A stretch of 64,000 nucleotides of DNA from the NCBI GenBank assembly GCA_964600225.1, contig CAZRIT010000003.1, positions 13,400 through 77,399 of the forward strand, written 5' to 3'. This DNA is from an uncultured Oscillospiraceae bacterium (GTDB lineage: Bacteria > Bacillota > Clostridia > Christensenellales > CAG-138). The number at the start of each line of letters is the position of its first letter. Position 1 is the stretch's first letter. Under the pieces are notes generated by a model, which had not been told where the DNA came from, made no database searches, and saw nothing but the letters and a program-made list of their open reading frames with translations. The translations under genes and the position numbers were made by a program. Below are positions 1 through 7,685 of the stretch, piece by piece.

Positions 1-1
1 C

Positions 2-778
2 GGGCGCAGCGGCAGCGCGCAGCGCGCGCCGTTTACGGGGCGCACGTTTGCGCACCGCGGGCTGTATGCATCGGATCAGAGCGTGCCCGAAAACTCCCTT
101 GCGGCGTTTCGGCTGGCGGTGGAGCACGGCTACGGGGTGGAACTGGACGTGCAGTTGACCAAGGATGAACGCATCGTCGTATTCCACGACGATACGCTCA
201 ACCGTGCCTGCGGCGTGGATGCGCGCGTGGACGCATACACGTTTGACGCGCTGTCGCAGATGCCGCTGTTTGCCTCCGATCAGCATATCCCGTTGCTGGA
301 GGATGTGCTCAAACTCATCGGCGGCCGCATCCCCGTGATTGTGGAATTGAAGGCGGGCGGCCAATGGAAAACGCTCTGCCGATTGACCGAGCGGATGCTG
401 GCCGCGTACGACGGCGCATACTGCGTGGAGAGCTTCCATCCGCTGGTCGTGCGCTGGTGGAAACAGCACGCGCCGCGCGTGCTGCGCGGCCAGCTATCGG
501 AAGCGTATCGGTACTCCCGCCGCTTTCTGCCGTGGTACGAATCGTTTATGATGAGCCGATTGCTCTCCAACTTTGCCGTCAGGCCGCAGTTTATCGCCTA
601 CCGCATCGGCCCCAAATGCCTTTCGGCCAGGGCGTGCGGGTGGCTTGGCTGCATGCAGGTGGCGTGGACGGTGCGGCCCGCGGACGACTTTGACCGTTGG
701 CAAAGGCAATCCGACGCCGTGATATTTGAACATTTCCGTCCCGCGGCGCACCTAGGCGCGCGGGCGGATCGGCCGTAG
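2..778 (+). CDS. glycerophosphodiester phosphodiesterase (GDPD family), 5' end cut by window edge
   Basis: Frame is open back to nt 2. Translation 'FAHRGLYASDQSVPENSLAAFRLAVEHGYGVELDVQLTKDERIVVFHDDTL' has the GDPD signature. Track ORF 83..778 is the same frame. Confidence 0.85.
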   Translation, partial: GRSGSAQRAPFTGRTFAHRGLYASDQSVPENSLAAFRLAVEHGYGVELDVQLTKDERIVVFHDDTLNRACGVDARVDAYTFDALSQMPLFASDQHIPLLEDVLKLIGGRIPVIVELKAGGQWKTLCRLTERMLAAYDGAYCVESFHPLVVRWWKQHAPRVLRGQLSEAYRYSRRFLPWYESFMMSRLLSNFAVRPQFIAYRIGPKCLSARACGWLGCMQVAWTVRPADDFDRWQRQSDAVIFEHFRPAAHLGARADRP

Positions 779-792
779 CGCGGGCGGCGCGC

Positions 793-1038
793 TCAGCTTT
801 TGAGCCGCCGTATCACTTCCTGCATTTTGGCGCGCTGCGCCGCCGTCAGCATGGGAGAGAGTTTTTTGTAGATTTCCTCCAGGCCGGTATCGTTCAGGCG
901 GCCCATGGCGCGCTCCTTCTCCGTTTCGGCGCGCAGCGCGTCAAACAGTTCATCCTGACTTTTGCCGCTCAGTTGGCTGACTGCCTCCGCTATGGCTTCC
1001 TCCGTAACGGGCTTTTGTGAAGACTCCGATTCATGCAT
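793..1038 (-). CDS. hypothetical small helical protein (81 aa)
   Basis: ORF with strong SD (GGAGGGAGGTGA) 6 nt upstream of ATG. No family recognised. Confidence 0.5.
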   Translation of the reverse strand: MHESESSQKPVTEEAIAEAVSQLSGKSQDELFDALRAETEKERAMGRLNDTGLEEIYKKLSPMLTAAQRAKMQEVIRRLKS

Positions 1039-1164
1039 GGCGCATCACCTCCCTCCATCCTATGCCAAAGGCGCATGTTTCGATGCTTTGACATATGATA
1101 GGGTAGGCATGGTGTGCCTAGCGGCCGAATGCGGCCGAACGGGTTTTGAAGGAGGAATGGACGA

Positions 1165-1554
1165 ATGCAGCAGCGTATATACGGGCGCGGGCCGCGCATG
1201 ATGAATCCCGAGCCGCAGGGCATGCGCGTGGAGGCGGACGATCCGCTGGGGGGCGCGGTGATGCTGGGCGCCATGATCCGCGGCGAATACGGGCGCGAGG
1301 GCGTGCAGCGGTTTGTCAACCGCATCGCCCAGCTCGTGCCGAGGGCGTTTCTCGAGCAGCTTTCCGAGCAACTGGATGTAACGGCGCCGCCCAGGGAGCT
1401 GCCGCCCGAGCGGGAGCCGCCCGCGGAAAAAAAGCGCGAGGGGCCGCCCATCCCGCCTGAACTGCTCATGCAGTTGATGAACAAAGGGAAGGCCTCCGAG
1501 GGCGGTGGCGGGCTGGACCCGAGCATGCTGATAAAATTACTTCAGAACAAATGA
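1165..1554 (+). CDS. hypothetical protein (129 aa, Pro/Glu-rich middle)
   Basis: ORF with SD GAAGGAGG 9 nt upstream of ATG, divergent from 793..1038. No family recognised. Confidence 0.5.
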   Translation: MQQRIYGRGPRMMNPEPQGMRVEADDPLGGAVMLGAMIRGEYGREGVQRFVNRIAQLVPRAFLEQLSEQLDVTAPPRELPPEREPPAEKKREGPPIPPELLMQLMNKGKASEGGGGLDPSMLIKLLQNK

Positions 1555-1851
1555 TGCGAGACCACATGTGACACAATTCGACAAGGCCCCGCTCCGTCGC
1601 CAAAACAAGCAAAAACCCCCGCACGCGAGGGCTTTTGCTTGGGATGGGATGGGAGGTAATATTGGGGTTTGTGTATTTCTGTCCTTGCTCTGGTAATAAG
1701 ATACCCCATGGATGTGATGACGAAATGGATGAAAAGTGAACTTAGTGTAACATACGATTTTTTTCTTTTTTGCCGCTGAAACACAGGCAAAATGTGGTAT
1801 GATATCAGTAGGCATGAAAGCAAAGAAACTTGCCGAAGAAGGAGTGGTAAC

Positions 1852-2394
1852 ATGCGCATCACGATCTCAGGAAAAAATCTGGACATCTCCGATTCATTGC
1901 GCGGCCTGGTGGAAAAAAAGGTCAACAAACTCGAAAGGTACTTTCCGCAGGATACCGAAGCGCAGGTCACGCTCGCCCTGGAAAAGAACCGCCACATCGT
2001 CGAAGTCACCATCCCCTTTGACGGCGGCGTTATCCGCGGCGAGGAAGTCACAGGAGACATGTACGCATCCATCGACAACGTCCTGGACAAGCTGGAAAAG
2101 CAGATCATCCGCCACCGCACCAAGCTGGAAAAGAGCCTTCGCTCGGGCGCGTTTCGGTACGATCATCCGCTGTTTGGCGGCAGCTACGAGGACGTCGAGG
2201 ACGAGGGCGAGGGCCCGCACATCGTGCGCGTGAAGCGTTTCAACATCAAGCCCATGACCGAGGAGGAGGCTATGATGCAAATTGAAATGATCGGCCACTC
2301 GTTCTATGTGTTCGTCAATGCCGATACCGACAGGATGAACGTGCTGTACAAGCGCAAGGACGGCAACTACGGCCTGATCGAGCCCGAGGCATAA
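1852..2394 (+). CDS. hpf: ribosome hibernation promoting factor, long form
   Basis: 'MRITISGKNLDISDSLRGLVEKKVNKLERYF' N-domain plus C-terminal dimerisation domain 'IVRVKRFNIKPMTEEEAMMQIEMIGHSFYVFVNADTDRMNVLYKRKDGNYGLIEP'. SD GAAGGAG before ATG 1852, so the track start 1792 is too far upstream. Confidence 0.9.
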   Translation: MRITISGKNLDISDSLRGLVEKKVNKLERYFPQDTEAQVTLALEKNRHIVEVTIPFDGGVIRGEEVTGDMYASIDNVLDKLEKQIIRHRTKLEKSLRSGAFRYDHPLFGGSYEDVEDEGEGPHIVRVKRFNIKPMTEEEAMMQIEMIGHSFYVFVNADTDRMNVLYKRKDGNYGLIEPEA

Positions 2395-2427
2395 CAGCCA
2401 CCATTCATTTCATTACGGTCTTTTTAC

Positions 2428-2456
2428 GCGGACGGCATATGCCGTCCGCTTTGTCT
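2428..2456 (+). terminator. hairpin GCGGACGGCATATGCCGTCCGC followed by TTTGTCT after hpf
   Basis: Perfect GC-rich palindrome 34 nt after the hpf stop, with a short U-rich tail. Confidence 0.6.
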
Positions 2457-2699
2457 ATCGAAAAACGTTGTTTTTCGATAGTGTAACCGCTTCTTGCCTA
2501 AAGTCCTGCGGACTTTGGGCGGCAAGAAGCACAAGGAAACCGCCCGAAACGGGCGATCCGTTCCGACGTACACGCCGTCGGAGCCGGAATGCATAGGGTT
2601 AAGGGCTGTGGCCCTTAACAATCCCCAAGGCTTTTTTTGACGGCGCAATCTATGGTAGAATACAAAAAATGGAAGAATCAGGAAAACGGGGGATTGCGC

Positions 2700-3668
2700 A
2701 TGGTCGATCAAAGGCTCAGGCTGCTGTTTATCAGGGATTACTTCTTTGAAAACACCGATGAAACGCATACCGTCACCGTGCCCGAGCTGATCGCGGCCAT
2801 CATGGCGGCGGGCTTTACGGCCGATCGGCGCACGGTCTATACCGATATCAAAAGCCTCTGCGCCTATGGCATGGATATCCGAAAGCGGCGCAGCAAGACG
2901 CACGATTACTATCTGGCCTCCCGCACATTTGAGCTGGCGGAACTGAAGCTGATGGTGGACGCGGTGCAGTCGGCGCGTTTCCTGACGGCCAAAAAATCGG
3001 ATCGGCTGATTCAAAAGCTGTCGAATTTGACCAGCCGCCACCATGCCCGTCAGCTGTCGCGGTATGTGCATGTGCAAAACCGCGTCAAAACCGATAACGA
3101 GCGCATCTATCAAACTGTGGACGCCATCCATGCCGCTGTCCGCGACGGCAGAAAGATCGGCTTTCGCTACTGCCAGTATACGCAGTCGGGCACGCTGCGG
3201 CCGCGGCGCGGCGGGGAAACGTATGTCGTCAGCCCGTATCTGCTAAGCTGGGCGGAGGATAACTACTACCTCATCGCCGATCATCCCGTGCATACGGGGC
3301 CGACGCACTATCGGGTGGACAAGATGACGGATGTGACGGTGCTGGAGGAGGCCCTGACCCCGCCCGAGCGTGCGCTGGAGCCCGCAGACTACGCCAAAAA
3401 GCTGTTCTCCATGTATGCGGGCGACGAAACGTGGGTGGAACTGGCGTTTGACGAAGCGCTTATCGGCGCGGCCATCGATCGGTTCGGCACGGATGTGACG
3501 ATACGGCAAACGGACGACGGCGCGTGCATCGTGCGCGCAAAGGTCGCCGTGAGCCCTTCGTTTTTCGGCTGGCTGTTTCAGTTTGGGGATCAGGTTACAA
3601 TCGTTTCGCCCGCGGACGTGCGCATGCGCATGGCGCAACTGCTCGCACAGACGCAGCGGCGCTATTGA
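2700..3668 (+). CDS. HTH-WYL-WCX domain transcriptional regulator (BrxR/CapW/PafC-like architecture)
   Basis: N-terminal wHTH 'HTVTVPELIAAIMAAGFTADRRTVYTDIKSL'. WYL core 'KIGFRYCQYT...YVVSPYLLSWAEDNYYLIADHP'. C-terminal 'FFGWLFQFGDQVTIVSPADVRMRM'. ATG 2700 chosen over track start 2637. Confidence 0.8.
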   Translation: MVDQRLRLLFIRDYFFENTDETHTVTVPELIAAIMAAGFTADRRTVYTDIKSLCAYGMDIRKRRSKTHDYYLASRTFELAELKLMVDAVQSARFLTAKKSDRLIQKLSNLTSRHHARQLSRYVHVQNRVKTDNERIYQTVDAIHAAVRDGRKIGFRYCQYTQSGTLRPRRGGETYVVSPYLLSWAEDNYYLIADHPVHTGPTHYRVDKMTDVTVLEEALTPPERALEPADYAKKLFSMYAGDETWVELAFDEALIGAAIDRFGTDVTIRQTDDGACIVRAKVAVSPSFFGWLFQFGDQVTIVSPADVRMRMAQLLAQTQRRY

Positions 3669-3736
3669 AGCGGCCTTATGCGGGCGGCGAGGGGCGCAAA
3701 CGCCAAAGACGTCAGGATTTTGTTGCGGAGATGCTG

Positions 3737-3765
3737 TTGCCAATTCTGCATAGTCCGTATATACT
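3737..3765 (+). promoter_or_regulatory. sigma-A-type promoter TTGCCA-17-TATACT for the DUF4160/DUF2442 pair
   Basis: Hexamers read directly, with a 17-nt spacer, 19 nt upstream of the GTG start. Confidence 0.45.
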
Positions 3766-3783
3766 GGACTTGAGGTGAAAACT

Positions 3784-4050
3784 GTGCCAACGCTGTCGAT
3801 GTTTTACGGAATTGTCGTGTACATGCACGCGGAACGGGGCGAACGCCATAACAAGCCGCATCTGCACGCAAGATACCAGGATAACGAAATTGCGGTGGAT
3901 TTTGAAGGCAACGTGCTCGAGGGCGAATTGCCGATGAAAAAACTGCGGATGCTGCTTGTATGGATGGATTTGCACGTTGAGGAGTTGGAAGCGAACTGGT
4001 CTATTCTGCAGGAAGGCGGAGATTATTTCAGGATTGATCCTTTACGGTAA
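3784..4050 (+). CDS. DUF4160 family small protein
   Basis: '(M)PTLSMFYGIVVYMHAERGERHNKPHLHARYQDNEIAV' matches my memory of the DUF4160 N-terminus. GAGGTG SD sits 7 nt before GTG 3784, and track start 3775 lies inside the SD. Confidence 0.75.
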   Translation: MPTLSMFYGIVVYMHAERGERHNKPHLHARYQDNEIAVDFEGNVLEGELPMKKLRMLLVWMDLHVEELEANWSILQEGGDYFRIDPLR

Positions 4051-4066
4051 GGAGGCGAACGGAACC

Positions 4067-4309
4067 ATGCTGCAGCCAACCGCGATCAGGGTAAAGCCGT
4101 TAACGGATTATTGCCTCTATATTGAATTTGACAACGGTGAAAAGAAAGTGTTTGACGTGAAGCCGTATATCAAAGGGAATCTGTACGGCAAGCTGCACGA
4201 TGCCGCTGTATTCAATTCCGTACGGACGAATGGCTATACGGTTGAATGGTCGGGCGGGCAGGATATTGCACCGCATGAACTGTACGATTACGGCAAGCCT
4301 ATAGAATGA
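4067..4309 (+). CDS. DUF2442 family small protein
   Basis: 'MLQPTAIRVKPLTDYCLYIEFDNGEKKVFDVKPYI...' is a DUF2442-like beta-rich protein. AAGGAGG SD lies 11 nt upstream of the ATG, which is 16 nt after the DUF4160 stop. Confidence 0.75.
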   Translation: MLQPTAIRVKPLTDYCLYIEFDNGEKKVFDVKPYIKGNLYGKLHDAAVFNSVRTNGYTVEWSGGQDIAPHELYDYGKPIE

Positions 4310-4329
4310 AACGGAACGCAAACATGCAA

Positions 4330-4362
4330 CAGCCGGGACGCAAGTTCCCGGCTGCATTTTTT
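4330..4362 (+). terminator. intrinsic terminator CAGCCGGGA-7nt-TCCCGGCTG + T6
   Basis: 9-bp GC stem followed by CATTTTTT, 20 nt after the DUF2442 stop. Confidence 0.7.
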
Positions 4363-4389
4363 AAAATATGAGGCGTGACAAGAACCGCT

Positions 4390-4995
4390 CTACCGCACGC
4401 CGATGCGCGTGGGTGCGCGTAGGATGTGCCCGTCGCGCCACGTCTGTGCGTCGGTGACGGTGTGCCAGCCGCCGCAGTTACAGACATCCCATTCCAGATA
4501 GTGCCGCTTTTTGGGCACGGCAAAATATTGCATCAGCGCCATGATCGTGCCGCCGTGGGCCACGACGGTCAGGCCGGGTTCGTTGCTGTTCAGCGCGTCG
4601 TCCACCAGCTTGGAAAACGCCTCCGCCACGCGCAGGGTGAACTGCTTGACGTCCTCGCCGTTGGGGCACGCGCCGTAGCCGTTGCTTGCCATCCAGGTCG
4701 TATAGGCGGCGGTGCTTTGCAGCTCCTGATGGGTGCGCCCCTCAAAATCCCCGAAATGCATCTCCTTGATGCCCTCCACGGTCACAAGCGCGGCGTCGGG
4801 AAACAGCACCTCGGCCGTCTGGCGCGTGCGCTGCAGCGGGGTGATGAACACGGTTTTCGGCTGCATGGGAAGCAGCGCCCTGGCGGCGGCGGCCGCCGTG
4901 AGCCCATCGGGACAGACGGGCACATCCGTCCAGCCGCAAAAGCGTTTCTGTCCGTTCTCGGCGGTTTGGGCGTGGCGAATCAGGTATACGTCCAT
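4390..4995 (-). CDS. cobC: histidine-phosphatase family protein, probable alpha-ribazole phosphatase
   Basis: 'VYLIRHAQTAEN...FCGWTDVP' RHG motif and '...VVAHGGTI'. Last gene of the cob operon. SD AAGGAG. Confidence 0.7.
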   Translation of the reverse strand: MDVYLIRHAQTAENGQKRFCGWTDVPVCPDGLTAAAAARALLPMQPKTVFITPLQRTRQTAEVLFPDAALVTVEGIKEMHFGDFEGRTHQELQSTAAYTTWMASNGYGACPNGEDVKQFTLRVAEAFSKLVDDALNSNEPGLTVVAHGGTIMALMQYFAVPKKRHYLEWDVCNCGGWHTVTDAQTWRDGHILRAPTRIGVR

Positions 4996-5001
4996 GCTGA
5001 A

Positions 5002-5346
5002 TTACTCCTTGATGATGATGGGGATGCCGCAGACCAGCCGCACGACCTTTGTGGCCTGCTGCGCCAACAGGATGCACAGCCGCCCCGTCGCCTCGCGGCC
5101 CTCGCGCGCATGGCGGTCAGCGGGGATGACGCCGCTGCCGACCTCGTTGCACACCACGACTTCCTTTTGGATGAGCTTTGGCAGCAGGCTGCCGCAGCCC
5201 GACGGATCGGCCATGGCGATGGCGTGCAAATCCGTCAGCACGGGCCTGTCGTCCGCCCAGTCGGCGGACATCTGTCCGTCCAAATAGCCGAGCGAGCGCA
5301 CATACGCGCGCTTTCCCGAGGCCGCGGCGCCGATGACCAGCATCAT
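5002..5346 (-). CDS. truncated CobU-like P-loop protein (about 114 aa) lacking the central segment
   Basis: P-loop 'GAAASGKR' and CobU C-terminal block 'VVVCNEVGSGVIPADRHAREGREATGRLCILLAQQATKVVRLVCGIPI'. ATG 5346 overlaps the cobS stop (ATGA) and has AAGGTGG 8 nt upstream. Confidence 0.65.
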   Translation of the reverse strand: MMLVIGAAASGKRAYVRSLGYLDGQMSADWADDRPVLTDLHAIAMADPSGCGSLLPKLIQKEVVVCNEVGSGVIPADRHAREGREATGRLCILLAQQATKVVRLVCGIPIIIKE

Positions 5347-6113
5347 AAGCATACCACCTTTCGCACCAGTATGAAAACCGCAAGCATTGCAATTTCACAC
5401 AATTGTATCAAATACCCTGCCAAATCGCCGCTCATGCCGCCAAAGCGCCGTTGGGAAAGGAGGCGCACATACCCGCCGCACAGCAGGCTTGCGGCGGCCA
5501 TGGCGACGCCTGCGGAGATATCCATGCAGATTAGCCCCGCCGTGCCGAGCAAAAACCACATCGCCAGCACCGTGCCCGACGTCCCGGCGGAAGCGTCGCG
5601 GAACGTGGTCAGCAGGCCCGCGCCGCCCGCGGCGGGGAAGCACGCCGCGCCAAGCCCGCCCACGGCGCGGCTGACGACGGGGATGAGCGCCATGATGGCG
5701 GCGGCTTCCCGTGCGCGCGGCAGCTCCGTACACAGCGCAAAGTAGAGCAGCAGGTATGCCGAAACGCCCATCACCGCAAACGCGCCTGTGTGCGGGTCCT
5801 TCATGATCTCGCGCCGCCGCGCGGGCGGGGCGTGGCTTGCCATGGCGTCGGATACGTCCATGAGTCCGTCGAGATGGATGCCGCCCGATATCCAAACGGG
5901 CAGCAGCGTCAGGCCCGCCGCAAACAGTATCTGCCCGAAGTCAAGCTTTTGGCAAAGCCAAAACCAGCCGCACACGGTCAGCCCGATGACCAAGCCCACC
6001 GTCGGCAGCGCGGCAAGCGCGTGGCGCATGTTGCCCTTGTCCCAGTTGAGCTTTGGCATGGGCAGTATGGAAAACATGGCAAACGCCATGCCGAGGCTTC
6101 GGAGGATGTTCAT
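5343..6113 (-). CDS. cobS: adenosylcobinamide-GDP ribazoletransferase (cobalamin synthase)
   Basis: Polytopic membrane protein with 'GGIHLDGLMDVSDA...' and 'FGGMSGDLAGY'. Start MNILRS at 6113 overlaps the cobU stop (ATGA). Confidence 0.9.
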   Translation of the reverse strand: MNILRSLGMAFAMFSILPMPKLNWDKGNMRHALAALPTVGLVIGLTVCGWFWLCQKLDFGQILFAAGLTLLPVWISGGIHLDGLMDVSDAMASHAPPARRREIMKDPHTGAFAVMGVSAYLLLYFALCTELPRAREAAAIMALIPVVSRAVGGLGAACFPAAGGAGLLTTFRDASAGTSGTVLAMWFLLGTAGLICMDISAGVAMAAASLLCGGYVRLLSQRRFGGMSGDLAGYLIQLCEIAMLAVFILVRKVVCL

Positions 6114-6637
6114 ATCGGCAGCGCTCCTTTCCGTACAAGCGGAATCCCCGCAACCAGCTCGGCGACGCAATCAAACCGCGCTGCCAACGCAGCGTTGAGG
6201 CGGCCGAGCGTTTCCACATAGCGCATGGTGGAGGCGTCATACCCGCCGCCGTCGCTGCCGACGTCGTTGGTGACGACGATGAGCGTTTCGCAAAGCGCTT
6301 CCAGGCGCCCGACGCCGTCCAGAATGGCTTGGTATGCGCCCGCGCCCGCGCCGTCGGGCGAAAACATCTCGTTGGCGGTAAGGTTACACAGGCATTCCAG
6401 CAGAATGGCGCCGTACGGCGCGTCGACGGACAGGCCCCGTAAATCCGTGTACCGCTCCACGGTCACAAACCCCTTGCCCTGCCGCATGGCCCGATGGCGC
6501 AGGATGCGCTGCGCGCCCTCGCCGCCGTACGGCAGCATCGTGGCAAGGTAGCAAACAGGGCCGTTGGCCGCTGTTGCCAACCGCTCGGCATAGGTGCTTT
6601 TTCCGCAGGCGGAGCCGCCCGTGAGCAATATCCGCAT
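6110..6637 (-). CDS. cobU: adenosylcobinamide kinase / adenosylcobinamide-phosphate guanylyltransferase
   Basis: 'MRILLTGGSACGKSTYAE', 'ILRHRAMRQ' (His region), 'LIVVTNDVG'. SD GGGAGG before ATG 6637. Confidence 0.85.
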   Translation of the reverse strand: MRILLTGGSACGKSTYAERLATAANGPVCYLATMLPYGGEGAQRILRHRAMRQGKGFVTVERYTDLRGLSVDAPYGAILLECLCNLTANEMFSPDGAGAGAYQAILDGVGRLEALCETLIVVTNDVGSDGGGYDASTMRYVETLGRLNAALAARFDCVAELVAGIPLVRKGALPI

Positions 6638-6647
6638 ACTGCCTCCC

Positions 6648-7685
6648 TTACATGCCGATATCGGCATAGGTCATGAGCCGGTCGTACACCGACAGCGCCA
6701 TATCCAATAATGGCAGCGCGGCCACCGCGCCCGTGCCCTCGCCAAGGCGCATGTTGGCGCAAATCAGCGGCTGAAGGCCCAGCGTTTGCAGGATCATGCC
6801 GCCCGCGGGCTCGGCGGAGATGTGGCTTGCCAGCATGGCGTGCTGCGCGCTGGGGCACAGCCTAACGGCGGTCAGCGCGGCCACGGAGCTGATGAAGCCG
6901 TCGATCACCACAGGCATGCGGTTTTTCGCGCCGCCCAGGAACACCCCGCACAGCCCCGCGATATCGAGCCCGCCAAGCTTGTGCAGCACATCGAACGCAT
7001 CGACGGGATCGGGGCGGTTGACGGCAATGCCGCGCTCGATGGCGGCAAGCTTTCGCGTCAGGCCCGCGTCGGACAGCCCCGCGCCGCGGCCCGTGACATC
7101 GGTGACCGCACAGCCCGTGAGCACCGCGGCCATGGCGGCGGAGGTGGTGGTGTTGCCAATGCCCATCTCGCCCGTGAGCAGGATATCGTAGCCCGCCCGC
7201 TTGCAATCGTCCGCCAGCGCCATGCCCGCCTCGATGGCGCGCTCCGCTTCGTCGGCGGTCATGGCGGGGCCAAGCGTAAAATCACTGGTGCCGTCCGCAA
7301 TGCGGCGGCGAATAAGCCGCGGCTCGTCCACTGCGCGCATCAGTCCCATATCGACGGGGATGACGTCGGCGCGGGCATAGTCGGCCATGATGCACACCGA
7401 GGAGCGATGCTTGGCGATAAACGCGCTCATCACGCCCGTAATATGCACGGGCGTTTGCGCCACGCCCTGCCTGCAAACGCCGTTGTCGGCGCACAGCACC
7501 AGCACCGCGCGCTTGTTTAACCGCACCTTGGGCGTATCCATGACGCCCGCCATACGGGTAACGGCCGTTTCCAGCGCGCCAAGGCTGCCGATGGGCTTGG
7601 CGATATCGTCCCAGCGGCGGGCGGCCTCGGCCGTGGCGCGCTCGCTGACGGGCGGGATGCTGCTGTTGAAGGCTGTAAAGTTCAT
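6648..7685 (-). CDS. cobT: nicotinate-nucleotide--dimethylbenzimidazole phosphoribosyltransferase
   Basis: 'KPIGSLGALE', 'LLTGEMGIGNTTTSAA', 'MRLGEGTGA'. Start MNFTAF at 7685 overlaps the upstream stop (ATGA). The track ORF runs to 7904 in the same frame but that extension is not coding-like. Confidence 0.9.
   Translation of the reverse strand: MNFTAFNSSIPPVSERATAEAARRWDDIAKPIGSLGALETAVTRMAGVMDTPKVRLNKRAVLVLCADNGVCRQGVAQTPVHITGVMSAFIAKHRSSVCIMADYARADVIPVDMGLMRAVDEPRLIRRRIADGTSDFTLGPAMTADEAERAIEAGMALADDCKRAGYDILLTGEMGIGNTTTSAAMAAVLTGCAVTDVTGRGAGLSDAGLTRKLAAIERGIAVNRPDPVDAFDVLHKLGGLDIAGLCGVFLGGAKNRMPVVIDGFISSVAALTAVRLCPSAQHAMLASHISAEPAGGMILQTLGLQPLICANMRLGEGTGAVAALPLLDMALSVYDRLMTYADIGM

Noticed and set aside
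4426-5745. 439-aa ORF on the plus strand. Similar very long ORFs occur at 8899-10677 (+), 22865-24727 (-), 27510-29183 (-), 43172-45034 (+), 51422-53014 (-) and 58442-60067 (+).
   Set aside because: All lie antisense to genes with unambiguous homology (cobC/cobS, the btu-like genes, dxs, recN/spoIVB, copA, der, dapA/asd). Their translations are Arg/Gly/Ala/His/Pro-rich low-complexity strings without SDs. This is the usual stop-codon-poor antisense frame of GC-rich DNA.
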